Shown here piece by piece: positions 11,301 through 23,300 of a DNA stretch of 64,000 nt. This DNA is from Chiloscyllium plagiosum. Its lineage: Eukaryota. How positions within the stretch are numbered: position 1 is the stretch's first letter; every line of letters begins with the position of its first letter. Below the pieces are notes generated by a model. The model was not told where the DNA came from. It did not search any database and saw only the letters and a program-made list of their open reading frames with translations. The stretch is from the NCBI RefSeq assembly GCF_004010195.1, contig NC_057719.1:59620759-59684758 (forward strand). Reading direction: 5' to 3'. Position numbers and translations under genes: made by a program.

Positions 11301-14300
11301 CCGTTGCTCCCGATGAGGTCTCCTCTACATTGGGGAGACTGGACGCCTCCTAGCAGAGCGCTTTAGGGAACATCTCCAGGACATCTGCACCAATCANNNN
11401 NNNNNNNNNNNNNNNNNNNNNNNNNNNNNNNNNNNNNNNNNNNNNNNNNNNNNNNNNNNNNNNNNNNNNNNNNNNNNNNNNNNCCACTCACCTATTGTAC
11501 TCTATGCTACTTTCTCCCCACCCCCACCCTCCTCTAGCTTATCTCTCCATGCTCCAGGCTCACTGCCATTATTCCTGATGAAGGGCTTTTGCCCGAAACG
11601 TCGATTTTGAAGCTCCTTTGATGCTGCCTGAACTGCTGTGCTCTTCCAGCACCACTAATCCAGAACCAGGTGTGTGATAGGGGAAGAGTAATTGATAATC
11701 AGCACAAAGTTTCCTTCATGAGATCCAAAATGTTGGAGGCAAGTCATTCCTGATTGTACATCACTATACCACACCATTTGATGCTTTATGCTGTCAGGAG
11801 AACAGGACATATCCAGAGATGACAATACTGGTTTCTGGGACATGATGAATTAGAATTCTGTGAATATGAGTATGTAAGCCTGATACTTGACTAGTCTGTG
11901 AACAGCCCTCCCAATTTTGGTACAAACTTTCAGATGTTAGTAAGGAGGACTTTGCAGGGGGAAGTGTTCCAAGGATGTGTCATATTGGACTCAATTTCAA
12001 CTCTTGTTTCTCTCTCCACAGATGCTGTCAGACCTACTGAGTTTCTCGAAAATTTCTGATTTTATCTCAAATCACCTCTGTTTGTAGGGCTAATGTTCAG
12101 ATTTATTAGGTAAAAGAATAATGGTAGATAATAAACATATGTTCAACTTGCTTCAAATAAGTTGATTAATGTGAAAAGTCTTATTTTGTACCAATTGAAT
12201 TGTGGATCCAATGCTTGTAATATTACTTTACCAGAAAGAAAATTCTGTCAGAATAAAAATGATCATTGTTTTCAGATTTTCAGTGACATTGACTTTATAT
12301 CTATTTGTGCTTGCAGTTGGGCATTCTTAGATTTAATGAGATTACCTTCATGTAAGTCTAACCATTCTTCGAGCACAATTAGAATTGCAGACCCATTACA
12401 CCTGCCATATTTTGTGCCACATGGTCTATCCAAATATGCTGTCTTTATTCTTAATACATGAAGATTTTCCTTTTTGTTCTGTTCAGGCAGCTGTTAATTC
12501 TTCTGTCAGAATTTGTGTACCCTGCTTTAACAATACTGTGAGGGAGGGGGTTTCTACTCTGAACACTAGCTACGCAAAGGTTCTTTTATTAATACATCCC
12601 CATTGGTTCTATTTGTGATTAGTAAAAAATTGTTAGTGTTCGCAAAGTAGTGAGAATTTTTCAATTCTCTTTCATCACTTTGAAGATTATGGTAGATCAG
12701 CCTTTAACCATTTTGGCTCCAGTCTAAAATCTTCAACTTTGCAATTGCCTTCAGAAATATAACCTTGCCTGTCTGGCAATTTCCAAGTGAATGCACTTTT
12801 TATGTCACCTTTCAACCTTTCTTATAATGGGAAAACCATGAACAATGCAGCTGACTGTTTAGACTCCTGTAGAAGTTGAAAATCATCTATTTGTTTTGTA
12901 TTCTGTGGTTAGAGGCATTATTTTGACAATTGTACTGCTACCTTTTGTGACTCACATACCTACTCCCAAGTTATTTTTGCTGCTTTTTCTAAAATCTTGC
13001 CATTTAGCATTTGTTTTTAATCCCTCTTCTTAGTATCAACGTGTATTTATTCATATTTTCTACATTAAACTTCAGATTCAACTGTATTTTTGAGGTAATG
13101 TACATGTTAAGGCTTATTTTTATTTATTTTTACATTTCAGCCGAGACCTGTGATTGTAGATCTCCAAACAGATGCCATTCTTCAGGTTGACATTTCAGAT
13201 GCTCTTAGTGAGAGAGATAAAGTGAAATTTACAGTTCATACAAAGGTAAAGAGATTTAAATTCTTTCTCGTATGTTGTAAACAGTGAAACATTGTGCTGT
13301 AAATTTACAGCAAATTTTATTTTTTTTAAATATTTATCTTCAGCTTTAAGTAAGAGAACAATGTAGCTTTTATCACATCATTTCTGTTAAGCATACCTTT
13401 AAGAAGAGTTTGAATCTCTTGCCTGAATTGTTTTAGGTCCTGTCTGAATTTTCAAGTACGTTTGTCAAGAGTGTTTTGACATGCTGGCATGAGTGACCCC
13501 TTCCAGTTGAGTTGAGACAAAGTTTTGGTACATTTCTGTTAAAATAATGCACACCTTCACAAAATTGGGGCAGCATGGTGGCTCAGTGGTTAGCATTGCT
13601 GCCTCACAGCACCCAGGACCCAGGTTCGATTCTAGTGCGGGCGACTGTCTGTGTGGAGTTTGCACATTCTCCCCGTGTCTGTGTGGGTTTCCTCCGGGTG
13701 CGGTTTCCTCCCACAATCCAAAGATGTGCAGGTTAGGTGAATTGGCCATGCTAAAGTGCCCATAGCGAGAGGTGCATCAGTCAGAGGGAAATGGGTCTGG
13801 ATGGGTTATTCTTTGGAGGATTGGTGTGGACTTGTTGGGCTGAAGGGCCTGTTTCTACACTGTAGGGAATCTAATCAAAACACTTGATGTTTCTATTGCT
13901 TGGCATCTTTGGTTCTTACAAGTGCCAGAGCTGAAAATATGTGCAAATGATAATTAATATTGCCCAGTTAAGTGGCAAAATTGATTGCTGGTGAGATGGC
14001 CTCTTGTGCACTATGATGGTGCTTATAAAGATTGGGAACTTATTTGGGGAGAACTCTGGTGCAATGATGTGGTGTATTTTAGAATGTACAGAAAGTAGTG
14101 TTTACATACCAATTCTAATTCTGTATTGAAATATCAATCATTGTTGAAAAGAATCTAGAATTTTGTTTGTATTTGTAATTGAATCAAATGTGGTTACTTC
14201 AAATTAAGCTTCATTATGATTGTATTGTTTCAAGAAAATGGAAACGACTGCATCGGCTTTCCTTATATGTTTGTAATTTCAATGATTGTGGAAACCACAA

Positions 14301-17300
14301 ATGGATTTGCTTCCTAGATTCATAGTTGTATGTTGTCAAAGTTACCTTGAATCTTTTGCTCAGTTCTTTGTTATTTAATACTACACGCTATACAAATTGT
14401 AAAGCTTCTTCAAATCAAATTTCTTAACAGTTTGTATGTAGTTAGGGCAATCTCTTCATGTTAAAATCAACATCCTTTAAAATGGAAGGTAAATTCTGAA
14501 CTTAGTTTCTAGTCATTTTTGTGCTCTGCATTATGTGGTGAAATAACACACTGATTAATTATATTGTGTGTGAGTGGGGTCAGTCACTAGACTAGGAATC
14601 CATAATCTCAGGCAAATGTTCTGGGGACATGGGCTCAAATTTTGTCCTGTTAGATGGTAAAATTTTACTTCAATATATTAAAAAAAACCTGGAGTTTAAA
14701 CACTAATTTTAATGTCAACCATGTAATCACTATTGTTGTTTTAAACAAAAACCCATCTCGTTAACCAGTTCTCTATAGGAAACAAAATCTGCCATCTTTA
14801 TCTGGTCTGGCCTACATGTGACTCAAGACCCACAGAAATGTGTTTGACCCTTCTGTGCCCTCTAGGCAATTAGGGATGGGTGATAAAATGCTCGACAAGC
14901 TAGGAAGGCTCACATCTCGTGAACAATCTTTTAAAAAATGATATTTTTTTTACATACCACCATGGTTAATTATAAGATGCCAAGTAGATATATAGTCTTA
15001 GTTACAAAGCTATTAGTAAGAAAATAATTTTCAAAGTTTTGTTTTAGTAGCAGAAATTAAAATTTTGGACAAGTTCAAAAATCTATTTAAAAACGGAAAA
15101 CGCTGGAAATACGCAGGTCTAGCAGCATCAGTGAAGCGTGAAATAAGAGTTAATGTTTCAGGTCAATTTTTTTTTTGTTCTGGTTTATTTAAGTTACTGT
15201 TTATGTTGTGTCAGCACTGATTTCTCAAACAGAAAGCAATTTTGAGATGTCACCTTGTCTAATGCCAAAGCAATATTCAAGCAATGTAAAAACTTCTTTA
15301 GACTATACCCCAATCATTGTCATCTGGCCCTTTTGAACTATTTTATTCAATTTTGAAATGTAATTCTTCATTATTCATCTTCTCTGACTTGGCAGCTTGT
15401 CCCATACACACACCACTGTCTGCATAAAAAGGTTACACTTCAGGCCCTTTTTAAATCTATCTTCTCTCACTTTAAATCTATGCCTTCTAGATTTGGACTC
15501 CTCGCCCTCGGAAAAGACCTTGGCTATTTACCCTATCGACTTCCTTCATAATTTTACAAACCTCTATAAGGTCACTCCCCAACCTCCAATGCTCCAGCGA
15601 GGAAATAACCCCAGCCCATTCAGCATCTCCATATAACTCAGACCCTTCAGTCCCAGCAACATGCTTGTAAATATTTTCTGCAGCCTGTCAAGTTTAATAA
15701 TATCCTTCCTTTAGAAAGGCGACAGGAATTGTACGCAGTCCTCTTAAAAGTCGACTCACAATGTCATGTATAGCTGGAACATGATGTCCCAACTCCCATA
15801 TTCAATATTCTGATCAATGAAGGCAACGTGCGAAATGCTGACTTCATCACGCTGTCTACCTGCGACTGTACATTCAAGGAACAATGCACCTGCACCCCAG
15901 GGTCTCTTTTGTTCAGCAACATTCCCCAGAGCCCTACCTTTAACCATATGAATCCTGCACTGGTACCGAAATGCAACACGTTTATCTATGGTAAACTCCA
16001 TCTGCTGCTTATTTGCCCATCTGATCAAGGTCCCTTTGTAATCTTAGATAATCTTCTTCACTGACCATGACATCACCTATTTTACTCTGGTTAAGAACTT
16101 TTTCCTAAATTTATAAAAAAAATTTTTTAGTGTTAATTGTATCTACCACATTTTTCTTTTAAAAGAAATGAATTTATGGATGCTGTTTTTTAAAAAAAAA
16201 ACATGTTTGTTTTCCTGCAGAGCACCCTACCTAATTTTAAACAGGATGAATTTTCTGTTGTCCGTCAACATGAAGAATTTGTCTGGCTTCACGATGCTTT
16301 TGTTGAAAATGAAGAGTATGCTGGTTATGTTGTGAGTATGATAGCATTCAAATAGTTTTGAGTACAAATTTTGTTTTATTCAATCAAGGGTCCTGACAGA
16401 AATTGGAGTTATAAATAATTTAAGATTTTCTTGCAATAAATAAAAATTAATAAAGAAAATGTTGCATTGGGATATGTAATGTTGTGTTCTTCCTCTTCCA
16501 AACAGTAATCTCCCCTTTAATTGTCAAGTTTTTGTTTAAGTGCTGGTATTGATAGTGAAATCTAATAGCTTGCAATTTACTTATTGACCATTTTTTGTCA
16601 ACAGTTACTGGAGATAAGCAAACCACTAGTACTCAGTACTTAAGCACATTTGCCAAGCTACTTTACATACAGTTTGTGCAAACAAGATAAAGCACAAGAA
16701 TAAATGTTAGAGTGCAGGAAAATCTTAAAGGGGGAAGCCTACTGATGTGACAGAAGCTAAGCTCTGTGCTGCTGCAGATTATAAACTTATACTTGTTTGA
16801 ATATTAATCTCTTTCCTATGATGCACGGGTGTTCCCATTGGTATTGAACTTGGCTATCTGCTCGGCAACTTTTCGTTGTTGCCTGTCCCGAAGTCCACCT
16901 TGGAGGACAGTCAGCTGAAGGGCCAAGGTCGAATATCCTAAACCACTGAAGTGCTCTCTGACTGGGAGGGAATGCTCTGTTGATTGTTGTGCGGTGTCCA
17001 TTCATCCGTTACTGTAGCCTCTGCTTGGTCATGCCATTGTACCATGCCTCAGGGCATCCTTGCCTGTAGCGTTTGAAATAGACAACATTGGCTGTGTCGC
17101 ATGAGTGTCTGCCATGTACATGGTGGGAGGTGTCCCCACGCATAATGGTGGTATCTGTGTCAAAATTCTGATACGTCTCGCAGCGTCCACTGTGACAAGG
17201 TTGTATGGCGTTGTCCTGAAAGCCGGGCAGTTTGCTATGAACAGTGATCTATTTGAGGTTTGGTGGTGGTTTAAAGGCGAGAAGTGGACGTGTGGGAAAG

Positions 17301-20300
17301 GTCTTGGTGAGTTGCTCATCCTCCTTGATAATGTGTTGCAGGCTGCAAAGAACATGGCATAGTCTTTTGGCTCCTGGGAAGTACTGCATGACAAAGGGTA
17401 CCCTGTGGTTGCAGCTCATGTCTGTCTCCCCAGGAGGTCATTACGGTTTGTTGCTGTGGCACATGGGAACTGGCGGTCGATGAGTTGAGCATCGTACCCC
17501 ATCCTTATGAGGGCATCCTTGAGTACTTCCAGGTGCCTGTCACGTTCCTCCTCATTTGAACAGATCCTGTATTTGCGAAGGGCTTGCCCAGAGGGGATGG
17601 CTGTTCTAATATGTTTCGGGTGGAAGCTGGAGTAGTATAGCATCGTGAGGTTATCTGTTGGTTTGCAGTAGAGAGGTACTGAGGTACCCATCCTAGATGG
17701 AGATGCATGTGTCCAAGAATGAGACAGATAGTAGAGATTAGTCCATGGTGAGCTTGATGATAGGATGAAACTCGTTGATATCACTGTAGTTGTTTCAGTG
17801 ACTCCTCGCCATGGGTCCAGAGGAAGTAAATGTCCTCAGTGTAACTGGTGTATAGTGTTGGCTGGAGGTCCTGTGTAGAGAAGTCTTGTTTGAACCTGTG
17901 CATGAAAATGCTGGCATATTGAGGTGCAAATTTGGTCCCCATGGCTGTTCCATGTGTCTGTATGAAGAACTGGTTGTCAAAGGTGAAAATGTGGTGGTTG
18001 AAGAAAAGGGGGTGAGTTGTAGGACAGTGTTCAGAGATTGGCACTTGTTGGTTCGGAGTACTGAGGCTGTTGCCATGATGCCATCATTGTGGGAGACGCT
18101 GGTGTAGAAACATCCATTGTGACTAGGGATATTCCTGGTTCAACTGGTCTGTGGGTACTGAGTTTCTATAAGAAATCTGTAGTGTCGCGACAGAAGCTGG
18201 GGGTCCCCTGTACAATCGGTTTCAAGATACCTTCAACATAGCCAGAGCGGTTCTCACGCAGGGTCCCATTGCCTGATATGTAGGGATGTCATGGTGTGTT
18301 GGCTTTGCGTACCTTTGGAAAGCAGTAGAAATCGCCTACGCGAGAAGTTCGAGGGCGCATAGGGAACTCTGAAGGACTGGATCCAAAGTTCTGATCAATG
18401 TGTTTAGTTCACGGGTGTGCTCAGTCGGTAGTTCCCTGTAGCGTTCCTGGTTATTTAGTTGTCGGTACACTTCCTTGCAGTAATCTGTTCTATTTTAATT
18501 TTTTTTCCCCACACTACCGCCCAACAGCAGTAGTGCTTGTATTCTCCTGTTTATTTTTTTTTGAAAGAAAAGGGGGAAAAAAGACAAAGAAAACTCTTCT
18601 CCTCCTCAGTTCCAGCAGTAACACACTGACTGGAGCATCAGCCAGCACAGAGTCAGTGCTCCAAACTGAAGAGACTCTTAAATTTCTTGGTAATATTTTT
18701 TGCTTTACCCCCACACTACCGCCTAACTGCGGTAGTGCTTATTTTTCCCCAGCACCATGTTGTGTCTGTGTGCAGGTGTGAGACACAGTGAAAGATACAG
18801 GTGTATAAATCTTTATTCAATTTCCACCACCAGGAAAAATAAAGAAACACCCAAGTAGCCAGTGACAAGCAGTGTCTTTCTTAGAGGGCAATGCTCCATG
18901 ATCAAACAGTGAAGGACAGGGCAGGGATTAAATCAAAATAGAGTTGGGGAGGGAAATAATACACTCCACTCCCAGTGGTGCCCACCTCTCCCTGAACAGC
19001 TTGAGGGTGTTGGTGGACACCGCGTGCTCCTTCTTCAGAGACACCCTGGCTCAAACATAACTGCTGAATAGGAAACTGTTCTATTCTGAATGACTATGGC
19101 TCCTCCTCCACCCAGGAACACTACAGGCAACTGCCGGCTAATCTGACCAAAGAGCACTCCTGTGAACTAAACACGTTGATCTGGACTTTTCCAGTCCTTC
19201 AGAGTTCCTGACACGCCCTCGGATTTTTCACGTAGGCGACTTCTACCGCCTTCCAAAAATGCACAATCAACACACCAGGAGGTCCCACCGTATCAGGCAT
19301 TGGGACCTGTATGAGAATCTCTCTGGCTACATTGAAGGCATCTTGAAACCCATTGTACAGGGGTCCCCCAGCTTCTGTTGCGACACTACAGATTTCTTAC
19401 CGAAACTCCGCACCCACGGACCAGTCGAACCAGGACCCTTCCTTGTCACAATGGATGTTTCAGCACTCTACACCAGCATCCCCCACAATGATGACATCGC
19501 CGCAACAGCCTCAGTATTCAATACCAACAACTGCCAATCTCCGAGCACCGTCCTACAACTTATCTGCTTCATCCTTGATCGCAACGTTTTCACCTTTAAC
19601 AGGCGGACAGGTGAGCGCGCTCTGGCAGGCAGGCGGACAGATGCGCGCGCTGGGGCAATCAGGCAGACGGACAGGTGCGCGCGCTCGGGCAGGCGGGCGG
19701 GCAGGTGCGCGCGCTGGGGCAGGCGGGTGGACAGGTGTGCACGCGCTCAGGCGGGCAGGTGCACGTGCTCGGTCAGGTGAGCAGGCAGGTGGGCAGTTGG
19801 GCGGACAGGTGTGCATGCTCGGGCAGGCAGGTGCGCGCGGGCAGGCAGGTGCGCGCGCTCAGGCGGGCAGGTAGACAGGTGTGCGGGCAGGCGGGCGGAC
19901 AGGTGTGTGCGTGCTTGGACGGGCAGGTGTGCCCGCGCTGGGGCAGGCGGGCCCGCGCTGGGGCAGGCGGGCGGACAGGTGTGAGCGGGCTCGGGCGGGC
20001 AGGTGTGCGCGCGCTGGGGCAAGCAGACGGGCGGACAGGTGCGCGCGCGCGGTCAGGCGGGCGGACAGGTGCGCGCGCGCTCGGCCAGGCGGGCGGACAG
20101 GTGCGCGCGCGCTCGGCCAGGCGGGCGGACAGGTGCGCGCGCTCGGTTAGGTGAGTAGGCAGGCGGACAGGTGTGCGCACTCGGGCATGCGGGCCGCCGG
20201 GCGGACAGGTGCGCGCGCTTTATCAGGCGGGCGGACAGGTGAGCGCGCTTGGGCAGGCGATCAGGTGTGCGCATGTTTGGGCAGGCAGGCGGGCGGACAG

Positions 20301-23300
20301 GTTCGAGCGCTGGGGCAGGCGGACTGGTGCGCGTGCTCGGTCAGGCGAGCAGGCAGGCGGACAGGTGTGTGCGCGCTCAGACTGGCAGGCGGGCAGGTGC
20401 GTGCGCTCGGGCAGGCAGGCAGGTGGGCGGACGGACAGGTGAGTGCGCTGGGGCAGGCAGGTGGGCAGATGCGCGCAGGCGGACAGGCGCGTGCGCTCGG
20501 GCAGGCGGGCGGACGGACAGGTGTGCCCGCTGGGGCAGACAGGCGCGCGCGCTCGGGCAGGCGGACAGGCGCGTGTGGGCGGGCAGGCAGCCGGACAGTT
20601 GCGAGCTCGGGCCCGCAGGCAGACAGGTCCACGCGCTTGGGCCGTCAGGCAGACAGGTGCGCGCTCGGGCAGGCAGGCGGACAGGTACGTGCGCGCGCTC
20701 GGGCAGGCAGGCGGACAGGTACGTGCGTGTGCTCGGGCAGGCAGGTGCGTGCCCGCGCTCGGGCAGACCGGCAGACAGGCAGACAGGTCCGCGCCCGCGC
20801 TCGGGAAGGCCAGCAGGCAGACGGGTGCGCATGCGCCCAGACAGGCAGGCAGACACGCACGCTCAGACAGACAGGCAGACACACACACCGCTTAGACATG
20901 TGCTCTGACAGACAGACACGCTCTGGCAGACAGACGCGTGGGTGCACAGGCAGGCAGTCACGCACACTCGCGCTCAGGCAGGCAAGCATGGACACGTGCA
21001 CGGACAGACATGCACGCTCAGACAGGCACGCATGCAAGTTTTTGCAGTGAATTTGTACTTGCAGAATTACATTTTATTTTTCTCAAAAACTGCTTGAATC
21101 CATGGAAGATTGTGTAAATCAGTTTTTTAGGTTAGAATCTGTCTGAACATTGGGGCACAGACAGCCTCACACAGGGCACCTCACACCTTTGTCGCATTAT
21201 CTGGGCTAGCATGGCACCTATTGATAAAGTTCACTTGAGAATGTAACTTTTAGAAAGTTCTGGAATTTGCATATGAAGGAACTGAAACCAACATTCCCAT
21301 TCTAAAACATGAGAGACTTCACAAACAATCCAGGTCTTTTTTTAGTTTCAGTTTCATCACACTGTAAACCTTTGCTATAAGTTGTGTTCTATGATCTAAT
21401 ACTCCACAGCCCCCTGATGAAGGAACAGCACTCCGAAAGCTAGTGCTTCCAAATAACCCTGTTGGACTATAACCTGGTGTTGTGTGGTTTTTAACTTTGT
21501 ACACCCCAGTCCAACACCAGCACCTCCACATCATGAAGTTTAGAAGGGATTCCAGAGGAACTTTCCATCCAAAGTGTGAATGCTTCACTGCTTGATTTGA
21601 TGATAGAGGGGAAAACCCTCAACATTTAGAAAGTACTGAGACACACACTTTAAACCCCACAAGGTTATGGACTGAGATCTTAAAAAAAAAGAGATTAAAC
21701 TTGATGTTAGGTGTCTGCCTGCTTTGGCAGTGGAGCCAGCAACACCTGAAGTGCTATAATTTGGGCAAGGCTACAGACCAGGTCCTGTAAAGTGAGATTA
21801 CAATGAACAGTTCATTTTTTTGATTACTTTTTTTTCAGTTAGTGCGAATATACTGGACTGAATGGCTGTCTATGTTGCCCCATACCTTTCCTGTGGTTCC
21901 ATCGTTGGCTCACCTTGACACATTGGACCAACAGACTTCCTCTGTCATATATTTTTGAGTTAATGATGAAAAATGAAGTTAAATTCTATACTGTCTTTAG
22001 TATGCCAAAATCAGCTGGAATTTATGCCTGCTTTAAATATAATCTTAAAGATTCTGAAAATACATAGCTATCAATTTCAGTAGACTTAATTAGGTGTAGA
22101 GCTGGTTTTGACGTTTGAGTGGACTGAGGTTGTATATTAAAGTTGGATTAGATAAAGCTAAGTAAGCATGTGGATATGTGAAGGCAATAATTTAACTCCA
22201 GTGAAGGCTTTATAAGCTCTGGCCTAATTTAACGGTAAGCAAGTGCACTGAGTTGTGGAAATCTTTAAATTTCTGGATATTATATACTTGGATCAAATGT
22301 TGACTTATTTCTTTCTGGTAAGAAATACCTGTATTGAGAAATTGTGTGGTCAAGCACAATTATATTGAAAATGTTTCCTGGTACAGAGAATCGCAGTATA
22401 ATGGAATATCATAGAATCCTTTTAGTGTGGTAGCAGGCTATTCAGCCAATTGAGTCCATATGAACCCCTAGAGAATATCCTAACCAAACTACCTCCCCCA
22501 CCCCCCCCCCCCCCCCCCCCCCCCGCCGGCCACCCAAAACAAATCTCTGCAACCCTGTATTTCCAATGGTTACTCCATCTAGTCTACACATCCCTGGCGC
22601 TAGGGATAATTGAGCCTGGCCAGTTCACCTAACCTGCACATCACCTGGAGGAAACCCATGCAGACACTGGGAGAATGTGTAAAGTCCACACAAACAGTTG
22701 TCAGAGGGTGGAGTTGAATCTGGGTCCCTGGCACTGTGAGGCAACAGTGCTAACCATTGAGCCACCGTGCTGGTTATATTTTTATGGTCCTTGATAGTTG
22801 TGACCATAAAACTGGGTTTCTGTTTTCTTTTTGTTGAGCTGTGTATTCTAGAGTTTATAATTTTCTTTTGGTCTAGAATGTCTTGGCTAGCCAGGTCAGC
22901 TTTCCTCTCTTCAACTTTCTCTATGCTGTGCCATTAATTTCACAGCAATATTACAAGGGCAATCAAGGATTTTGGTAAGTTTGGTTTGACTACATAATGC
23001 TAGAATCTGATATTGCTGAAAACATGAGGGGTCAGGTTGCTGGATCTGCTTCAGAAATGCAAGACAATAGTAAGGATGAGAAAAAGCAGTTTGGTTCTTT
23101 CAGCTTAACACTGATGAAATTTCAGTTCATTGTAGCGAGTACTGAAGTGCATTTTGTATAACCTTGCTATCTCTGATTCTAGAATTTACCTGATGGATAA
23201 TTTGAGACATCATTGTTATTTGAATAAAATATTTATCATCTTAAACACAACACTCATGATGCATAGTATCACTCTAGGAAGCTGAATTTCAAAATATTTT

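Noticed and set aside
13567..13640. tRNA gene
   Set aside because: A/B boxes belong to a SINE head and continue into V-SINE body and LINE-like tail
19553..21050. Overlapping Arg/Gly/Ala-rich ORFs up to 299 aa
   Set aside because: Stop-poor GC satellite, open in nearly all frames
22450..22632. Poly-proline ORF
   Set aside because: Poly-C run inside a SINE; homopolymer length may be unreliable
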